From: Hormiphora californensis
Lineage: Eukaryota; Animalia; Ctenophora
Direction: 5' to 3'
DNA length: 64,000 bases
Assembly: GCA_020137815.1 (NCBI GenBank)
Contig: CM035358.1
Location: 1,860,001 to 1,924,000 of the forward strand
In this document: one piece after another, positions 55,601 to 64,000 of the stretch
Position numbering within the stretch: position 1 is the first letter of the stretch
How the letters are laid out: every line of letters begins with the position of its first letter
Position numbers and translations under genes: made by a program
The notes under the pieces: generated by a model
Seen by the model: only the letters and a program-made list of their open reading frames with translations
What the model was told of the DNA's origin: nothing
Database searches by the model: none

Positions 55601-58553
55601 AGGGGATACCATAGGCTGAGGAACCACCGACTGAGCTAGTGGTGGTGGTGTAGGAGCGATAGGTGATGTAATAAGCCTCTTCCGGAATGAGAGGGCATAC
55701 CTAACCCCTTGCTCAACCTTGTTGGCCCGATGCTTGAAGTGCTCCTGGCACCCTTTCATCATGGTGTAAGCCTCTCCGTCTTTCAGATTGATGGACAGTG
55801 ACGGTCTCATCCTTCCGTCCCCAAGGTAGGGGATGAAGTCCACTGTCCCTGGCGACCCGAGATTAACGACTGTTATAGAGGAAGAGTCGTCCAATGTGTC
55901 CTCAAAATCAGAGTGGTAGTGCACCCCTTCTCCTCTCCTATACCTGGTTACCAGACACGAGTTGTATCCGCAGCCCAACTCACTGTTCAATTTCCCCATT
56001 AATCCCATGATGTTGGGGTACTTGGCTATATCCACAGGAGGCAGTTGAACTTTACCCCATCCATACCCGAGTCCTGTGTTTGACAACCAGGTATTTTTTT
56101 GGTCAAAGTCTTCGACCTCCCAATGTAACGATTCTGAGTCAACTTCAGGGACTCCCCTCCCATGAAACGTAACATACTTGCTGGGATCCTTTTTCGGAAC
56201 CCCAAACTTCTTTCTTCTCTCCAACTCCTGTTGCGCCAGTAGTATGATTCTCTCCAACACAGGGGACGACACACGAGTAAAGATTTGGTCGAGGGGAGTG
56301 TTGTCTAGGTCCATATTTGAGGTATCCTAGCAGCCCATCCTAAAATCCATGCTAAAACAGGCTGATTAACCCAAGGACATTGTCCTCAAATTAATTTGTT
56401 TAAAGTAGTGCCGAAAATAGATGCACTATCTGGGACGTCATGTACTCCCAAAGTGTGTCAGAACTGTCACCGAGAAACATTTCTGGCAGTACGTCTCGGG
56501 CGGTTCATCTATTATAATCACCCAGCTGGGACATCTCTGGAGGAGTGAGAACGTCCCCGGAAGATCTCCCGGAGGTGCGAGAGAGGCCGTAATTACCAAT
56601 TATATGCAATGCACTTTTGGTAAATGTACTTAGCTGATACTATTATTTATATGCTGACATATATGATGAGGTTTTGGCTAACGTTTAAACCTGTTTTCAG
56701 ACGCAGAATTATCCTTCTCTGATAATGAAAAAGAGACCGACAGTGAAAAAGAGACCGATGGTAAATTCCTTGATGACATTGATGAGGATATTAGTGGACA
56801 GGCGGAGGAAATCGGCGAAGGTATGAAGAAGAAAATCACGGTAGCATTTTAGGATGGGGCATTGCCACCACAGAATAATATAATTCGAATGGCTCATTTC
56901 CCCAAAACAATACACATCCTCAATAGATAGTTTTACGTAACATACTGTTTTAATGATTACATAAGTGCACTGCAAAATGGTAGATATTGAATTTTATCAA
57001 ATGTTATTACTGGGTTTCTGGTTTGTTTAACAGTATTTATTACAGTTGCAAGTCCAGATAAAATGCATGTCGTGGAGGTAAAAGAAATACCAAGAGAAGA
57101 GCCCAACCTGGATGAATGGTAAGCACTTAAAATAATTCCGGATTAGAATCTGGTTTGTCTACATGTCTTCATTGCATTACTAGTACTAGTAAACCCGTTC
57201 GCCCTACGGGCGAATTTCGCGGAAATGGTAGCTGGATTAGGAAACACTGACATCACCAGTCGAACTGTTGACATGCACTATCCCTACGGCAACGTAAAAG
57301 GAGCTCAGGCGGGATCGCTGCGAGTTTTAGAACTTCAGAAGATGATCAGGCGATCAAAATGATAAAAAAACTTGCAGATTCCTCGCATTTCGTCAGATTG
57401 TGGTCATCTGCCTTAATCTTTGAGATTGATCATCGGTTCTGTTAATCTCCAACGTCTTGTTCGTTCTCTCTGCACTTCTCTTGGTGTTGCTGCATTTTAA
57501 CTCCTCAGTGTATGGAAAAGTAGAGAACGGCGGTCGGATCTTGCATGAGTAACTCCAATTGTCGCTGTCGTATATCAGCAGTAGTTGAAGAAGGCATATA
57601 ATTAGCTGGAACAGTGACGCAATACAAAGCAAAATCAGATGCACGTGCAACTGCAGTACAATAGCAACAATCCTTGGTAACGGCTCCCACCCACTCCAGA
57701 TGTAGTAATCCACCTCTAAACCTGCACGTGCAAAATGCCATATTTGGTAAAAAACGTCACACAGGATTTCCCTATTTGCTTTAACTAGAAAGCCCATTGA
57801 AGTCCTACAACAGCTCCCCCCACCCGTCTCAACCCCTCACTCTTTGTCTCTCCATGTCGGGGTAAAGAATACGGAGGTTAGTACTTGTAAAGCGCTGGTG
57901 ATAAACATCAAGGGAAATCCCGCTGAATAACATGTAGAATCAGGTGATAAAGATCCGTAGAATTGTAGTAGCTGTGTAGAGAATCAATGGGGTACGTAGG
58001 TAGAAAAGCTTTTGCAATCATGGCGGCCCCAGCAGTAGATCACAAAACACCACAGGAAAACCACAGGAACACGAAACAAACAACCAACAACATGCACGTG
58101 CAGTATCCCCCCTCCAATACCCCTCCCAGGGCACCTCCTTGGCAACCCCCTCTATTTGCACGTGCTAGGATAGGTCATCATACTCCTCACCACGCCACGC
58201 ATTTGCATCTTTTAATTAAGACTAGAGAGCCCAGGCAAAAAACCCAAAACTCCTCTCGCCCCCTACTGAATCCTCCCACCCCTTTCGAATCCTCTCAATA
58301 TCTATTGACTGCTCTCGTCCCATATTATTCAGCACCCTCCCTCCCCCGCCCCCGGGCTATGTTGACCAACTCACCCCATAATCCCCTTACAGCCAGTTGG
58401 AGTCCTACAACAACCCCCCTCCCCCCCCCCCCCGGTCTCTATGTCTCTCTCTCCCCCTCTCCGTCTCCGTCTCTTTCCCTGTCCCCTCTCCAATGGATAG
58501 TCTTCATCTATCCCCTTCTCTCTTTATCCCTCTAACCCCATCATTCCCTCCCC

Positions 58554-58584
<31 letters not shown>

Positions 58585-61500
58585 TCTATCTCTCTCTCTC
58601 CCTCTCTCTCCCTCTTTCTCTCTCTCTCTCTCTCTCCCCCTCATATCGGGCTGGTGAATATAATGGAAGCTGGAATCAGGTGATAAAGATCCGTAGAACT
58701 GGAGCTGTGTAGAGTTATTAAAGCTGGGATACGTTGGTAGAAAAGCTGTGGCATTCATCGGGGCCGCAGCAGTAGATGGCCAAGCACCACAAAACACGAC
58801 AGGAACACGCAATAAAACACCCAACAACATGCACGTGCAGTATTAAACTCTTGCCCACCATCATGGCAACTCCCCAAACCCCCCACCAAACACCCCTAAC
58901 AACACGTCAATTTTCCACGTGCAAGCCCCAAAAAACCCCCTCCCCCAAATTTTGTCTTGCAAGCATCTCTGCTTTATAATATAGACTAGAGAGCCCAGGC
59001 AAAAGAACAAAAAACTCTCACACCCTATTGACTCCTCTCAATCCCCTACTTTGCTCCCTAGTCCCTACGGCGCCGCTTCGCGGCACCTCCGGTCGCGAGA
59101 TCATAATCCACGCCCCCTTCCCCCTGTTGACTCCCCTCAGTCCTCACCCCAGACCCCTCTTATCCCTATTGACTCCCCTCGGCCCCTATTGAATCATATC
59201 GTCTCCTATTCACTCCATATCACTCTCTGTTCACTCCCCTATAACGCCATAACAACATTTTCCTAACCCCTCTCTAAATCTGTGATCTGAAGCAGTTCAG
59301 AACCCCACATTTTCCCTCATTTTTCACTATTTCCCCCATTACTCAGTCATTTCTCAACCAATTTCGAAAATCTTGGGCTCATTAAAAAGATAATCTCAAG
59401 CTCTTTCCAGAGAGCTATTATCCCCCAAGATTAGAAAACCTTTACACACGCACGTGCACTCCCCAAACCCCCCACCAACCATCCCTAACAACACGTCAAT
59501 TTTGCACGTGCGAGCCCTAAAAACCCCTCCTCTCCCAAATTTTGTCTTGCAAGCATCTCTGCTTTATAATATAGATAGTATGATAATATATTTTTAGGGT
59601 GGACGTTATCAGACGTGGAATACAGCAAAAGATGACTCCAGTCACCTTTGTCGTGTTTGCCAAAGTGAATGATGATGTTTGTATTGATTTTGGACATGGA
59701 CCAGTGTATCTACCAAAGCTAAAGGGTAGATTGAACAGTGGAGTCTCCATTTACAGCCGAACTTTTACATTGGCAGTTTCACATCCTCTAGTTTACCGCT
59801 TTTTCATCTTTAACAAGTTTCTATCTGACCAAAGCGAGATTATAAAAACATCTGGTCACAAAACAACAGATAGAAGAAGCCTCGTGGTTCCAGAAGGTAG
59901 GTCTGTGCTGTCAATTCACAAGTGTGCTAAATAAATACGCATTGACCACTTACACTCACCAGTAAATAGTAATTTGAGTAACTTACCAGGTCAAAGTTTG
60001 CTACTACACAAATGTGTATTTGAATACTCATTGACCAAGCCTGATCCCTGCAAACTGTACATGGCATTGTTGCTCTACCTTTCTGAATCAAAACACCTTG
60101 TTTGGAGTGTAGACCAGTTCTTGAAACATAACTTTCCTACCAACGATGAGGATTTGCGGTCTCTCCTTGAGGTAATTTAGCATATAGTATGTGGTATTTG
60201 ACAATTTGATAAACACGTTTGATGTTGGATATTATCAATTATCATATTTTAGTTATAATGAATTTTTCTTTACAGGCCATCGTCGAGTTTCAATTTAAGA
60301 AAAATGATCTAGTATCGCATAATCTATTGACGGTACTACTCCTAATCATGCACAAACTTAAGTGTAAGCCGGAGTTTTTACGAGATACCGCAAAGATGTT
60401 ACTGTCCCTACTGGATCGCAGAGCACCAAAACAGGAAGAGAGGTAATTTTTTCCATGCTTGAGGTTTCCAGATTACGTTTTACCGGCACCTGGCTAAATC
60501 AAAATAGAAATTCGAAACAACCGTGGCCAAACGCCAAAGAAACCGAGATTAACATAGCAATTTGTAACTAAATTATCCCAGCTCAGTTTCTCCCTCCAGA
60601 CAAATTTTAAATTACTTTCAGCTTCGAACGAATACTCCATGCTTCGTACAATCTGGTTGAGATGCACAACCAAAAGTGTCGTGATTTTTTTGTACTCTAC
60701 TGTGGTTTGTGTGCGAAGTACGAAATTCCTCCCAAACAACTCAGCATTTTTGTGTAAGTGGGTTAAAAATCATTGTAACACACTTGTATGTGTCTATTAG
60801 GTCTGCTAATCCATATTTATTTTGAAAATTTAGAACAAACAATTCAATGGAAATCTACGAAAAAGATTTCTTTTTACTGGTACCGACATTACAACGGGAG
60901 GCATTGCGTTATGTCAGCCTGAGAACTCTTGTTAATTACTGCCAAGACTTCACTTCGAACACATCTGCTGCATCGTGGCTTCTCGATATAATGAGGAACA
61001 TGACAAAAGATCAAATTTTAAAGGTACATAGTATGTTTCACGGTGTATTAGAAAGTATGATGTTTCGCATCCAATTGGTCAATTGCCTAGCTAGACTGTG
61101 TTTTGTGCAACGTGCGCCCTGCCCGCGAAACACAAATGTAAAGGAGGGTTAGAACATAACAAGTGGTCAACTGGTCACGCTTCTCTTCAGGATAAGGGCG
61201 ATCAAGTTTACGTAGACACCATTTTCAACATTGCATCAAGGTTGCTTGTTAACTCTTATACTCCTGGGTAAGTTAGATCTCTCCCTAGTTAAAGTAACAA
61301 ACTCTCCCTCTCTCCCTAGTTAAAGTAACAAACTCTCCCTATCTCCCTAGTTAAAGTAACAAACTCTCCCTATCTCCCTAGTTAAAGTAACAAACTTTCC
61401 CTTTCTTTATACTCCTGGGTAAGTCATCCCGCCAAATTAAAGAAAGTTATATTACTACCTATTTCTGCCTCAACAGGGAGTCGCAAAGAGACCCTATGCT

Positions 61501-64000
61501 AACGCATCGAGACATCTTCACCTTATCTACTATTCTGGAAAGTTTGGAACCCGATGGATTTTTTGAGAGAACCACCAACTTTTTCACTCAATTAGCCCAA
61601 AAAAGTGCTGTGGTGAAGGATTTTCTAAGGTGTATGGTTACACTGTTCTTCATGGAGTCTGCCATTTGTTCCATGCATTTACATGGAATCGATCTACATG
61701 GAATATACCATTTTGATGTGAGTTAAACAGAAGTTCTATCTACATTCTACATGCACAGTGCGGGATAAATGATAATGTAGCGCTTTTCAAGGCATGGTAT
61801 TATATAGGTAATATAGCTAACTAGAGAGCCCAGGCAAAGACCAACAACTCCTCTCACCCCCTATTGACTCTTCTCAACACCTCCCACCCCTCCCAAACGG
61901 AGCAAATTGTTGCACGCTAGTGTTGCACGCTAGTGTTGCACGCTTCTTAGACGACGCGACATCTCCAAATTATAATAGAGATCCTTTTAGAGTTTTCATT
62001 CTTCCTTCCGCAACATTGTGTGTTACAACTATTCTCCCCTTCGTGATCTAGTTGGAAGATTGGTCGTTTATCTACCAAGCTGTGGAAGATCGGTTGCCAG
62101 CCAATTGTAGTGGTCGACATCATATCCTAGTGTGGACGTTGAATTTCATCAAAGACTACCTCTTCAAACTGGATGTTAGTTGTTACTCGCTAACTTTTAC
62201 CATTACAACACTACTCAACCAATTAAATTACAACCAGTAGGCAGCAATAATTCTAATATGCCACTTTTCCAGGATTCACAAAAGAGAGATCTGCTGCGTC
62301 GATTTGAAGATGAAGACACCCTCAATTCAACAGTATATGACGAGGCCATTACTCTCCTACAACATTTCATCCTACAGTTGCTGCAAAAGCCATGGAAAGA
62401 GCTAGTGGTAATTATTAATTAATGAATTGGTGGTCCTATTTAACTGATAAACATACGACACAATGAATATAACGCTTCAGATTGAGCTAACTAGTGTACG
62501 GGGCCTTGTAAAGGCAACTAACAAGTTACTACATATCAAGTTCCCAAGTGAAGTTACTGCTGAAAGAGTTCTCTGTAATCCGAAATTCCCCTGGGCCACC
62601 ATTTTGCAGTCCAAAGGTACCAAGACCTGAAGTGTACAACTACCCAACGTTTAAAAAGTTCCCTATACTACAAGATTGCACTAAAAATTATACCTTCTTT
62701 TTGTTTAAAGTGATAGTTTCCATATGAAGCTTCACACTTCTACTTTCTTTCCTAGATCTAGCTGGACTTGCTAAAATCAAGGAGGGAAGAGAAGCAGTTA
62801 ACAAGTTCTACGAGGAAGTCGAGACAGGCTCGATATTATTTGGAAGTGTCCAACGGTTCCTTGATCCCCACAAGGTGTCCTGGGAACTGTTGTCCCTCTT
62901 CGACAAAGAACCTACGGAGATGATAAACATCCAGAAGTCCAGGGAGTTCAGCCAAGTTCTGTCCGGGGCCCTGAATGTCTTTAGAGAGATCCGATGGACT
63001 TCTCTCTTCCCTGGTTCAGAGGGTGCCTTCAAGCAATTCACCCTAGATCTGCTGTGGAGAAATGATGTTGAGAAGTTGCAACTGAAAACAATGTCAACAG
63101 GACCACTGAGAGGGCTGTCAGAGGATCACTTGAACCTTCTTACATTACTTGGCCCCTTGTATACTAGTACCCTCTTTCTAGACAGGTTGGAGAAGCAGGA
63201 GAATCCTGCCAACATTACAACAACGATACAAGTGTTTACAGAGGTAATGAGGGAGAGAGGGGGAGAGAGGGGGGGGGGGCAAACAATCTCAGACCCACTT
63301 GTGCCGGGGGTGCTTAGCTACACAATAGATCCGAAATATTTTCGGAATATTATCTAACAGCGCTATGTATCCTGACTGTATCCCAACTCCTAACTGTATC
63401 CCAACTCCTAACTGTATCCCAACTCCTAACTGTATTCCAACTCCTAACTGTATCCCAACTCCTAACTGTATCCCAACTCCTAACTGTATCCCAACTCCTA
63501 ACTGTATCCCAACTCCTAACTGTATTCCAACTCCTAACTGTATCCCAACTCCTAACTGTATCACAACTCCTATACCTGTATCCCAACTCCTAACTGTATC
63601 CCAACTCCTAACTGTATCCCAACTCCTAACTGTATCCCAACTCCTAACTGTATCTCAACTCCTAACTGTATTCCAACTCCTACCTGTATCCCAACTCCCA
63701 GGTGCTCATGCCTGTAAGAGATGGCCTAAAGACGCTGGTAAACAGTTTCATCGACGAAGAGATCACCCAGAATGAGCTCTTGGCACTTCGGGCAAGTTTG
63801 AATTACGAGTCCGACGAAGCATTTAGTGAGGACCTTGCTCGCTGCTGTGCTCTTTTATCACCTGAGAAGAATCTCCGTGACAGCACGAGAAAGAAGGTCG
63901 GGATTGTCTGTGGGGATCTGGGGACGGCGCTATCCGCCATAAACCGATTACGGGAAACCCTACAACTGACTGAACGATGGCGGGAACTGGAGAAAATCGA
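52679..64000 (+). CDS. Large multi-exon protein, 5' part: PB1-like N-terminus, Pro-rich and acidic linker with VTGS repeats, then beta-rich and helical regions (possibly RNF213-like; unverified)
   Basis: GT-AG exons at about 52679-53422, 53567-53899, 56701-56840, 57045-57118, 59598-59897, 59990-60171, 60275-60442, 60833-61023, 61191-61267, 61476-61630, 62273-62407, 62481-62616, 62756-63243 and 63702 to the end. FSLSY...DIDDEDD resembles the PB1 acidic motif. Confidence 0.6.
53594..53737 (+). repeat. 12-bp coding tandem repeat (gttactggttct; VTGS/VTDA)
   Basis: About 12 copies within the exon at 53567-53899. Confidence 0.85.
54565..55160 (-). pseudogene. C-terminal remnant of a CR1/L2-type ORF2 (post-RT region)
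   Basis: KASQRLGLVKR, LYISLVRSLFEHCSQIWRP, ESLQKRATKWI and WNLLPQELR; no endonuclease or RT core. Confidence 0.85.
55103..56314 (-). CDS. LINE ORF1-like protein: AlkB-family 2OG-Fe(II) dioxygenase plus truncated SGNH esterase
   Basis: YNSCLVTRY, HSD (HxD), QEHFKH and RYALSFR (RxxxxxR); then LLLGTS, SVSGA and AFGTND (SGNH blocks I-III, block V missing). Confidence 0.8.
   Translation of the reverse strand: MDLDNTPLDQIFTRVSSPVLERIILLAQQELERRKKFGVPKKDPSKYVTFHGRGVPEVDSESLHWEVEDFDQKNTWLSNTGLGYGWGKVQLPPVDIAKYPNIMGLMGKLNSELGCGYNSCLVTRYRRGEGVHYHSDFEDTLDDSSSITVVNLGSPGTVDFIPYLGDGRMRPSLSINLKDGEAYTMMKGCQEHFKHRANKVEQGVRYALSFRKRLITSPIAPTPPPLAQSVVPQPMVSPVVSPVVSQMTFSPVPPMVDGYQPDVSGFSTAAPQSAPNSPRTLLLGTSMTKWVNEDLDLINVSVSGARLCKPFRDWEGSLAIDMLKGFRESQPELEVRKVIVAFGTNDIRRWAKFVRSHSGKNDIYNAYVDLVREIRNMFGKTTEIVCFQSFSKIRTGEACRSIS
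56385..56417 (-). other. Spliced-leader-like sequence TTTTCGGCACTACTTTAAACAAATTAATTTGAG
   Basis: Lies at the 5' boundary of the insertion, 70 nt upstream of the ORF1 ATG. Confidence 0.75.
57186..59575 (-). mobile_element. Cluster of Helitron-like fragments in an intron
   Basis: CTAG plus hairpin end at 57186; repeated actagagagcccaggcaaa ends (~58221, 58985 and also 61820); tgcacgtgca motifs; internal duplications. Confidence 0.5.
63368..63700 (+). repeat. 18-bp tandem repeat (~18 copies) running up to a 3' splice site
   Basis: ctaactgtatcccaactc repeated, ending in ...ctcccag|gtgc. Each unit contains a branch-point-like CTAAC. Confidence 0.9.

Larger units (their letters stand above)
54036..56417 (-). 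mobile_element. Internally deleted CR1/L2-like LINE with 5' SL-like sequence, antisense in an intron
   Basis: SL-like motif 56385-56417, ORF1 55103-56314, ORF2 C-terminal remnant 54565-55160 and a tcaaatcaaa tail at ~54036-54045. The flanks rejoin into one arm of an old palindrome (53970-56595). Confidence 0.8.

Overview
Eukaryotic (animal) genomic DNA with compact GT-AG intron-containing genes and very dense non-autonomous transposons. It is probably a ctenophore (inference: a 33-nt motif resembles the ctenophore spliced leader as I recall it). Genes in order: a 5'-truncated and a complete divergent 7TM GPCR (+), a SEPT6-group septin (-), a CISD3-like protein with four CDGSH motifs (-), RCE1 (+), two tandem secreted C-type lectin paralogs (-), POLR1B/RPA2 (-), a Rab GTPase (-), and the 5' part of a large multi-exon gene with a PB1-like N-terminus (+) that runs off the end. 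Top finding: two unrelated LINE-derived retrocopies (about 50061-51226 and 54036-56417, minus strand) both begin with the same 33-nt spliced-leader-like sequence (32/33 identical). This suggests retrotransposon RNAs that are SL trans-spliced and then reinserted. One of them encodes an AlkB-type 2OG-Fe(II) dioxygenase fused to an SGNH esterase domain. Other signals: intronic tandem repeats seeded on splice sites, RFX X-box-like palindromes, and MITE empty-site/filled-site pairs. All calls were made by eye, without database searches; exon boundaries may be off by a few bases.
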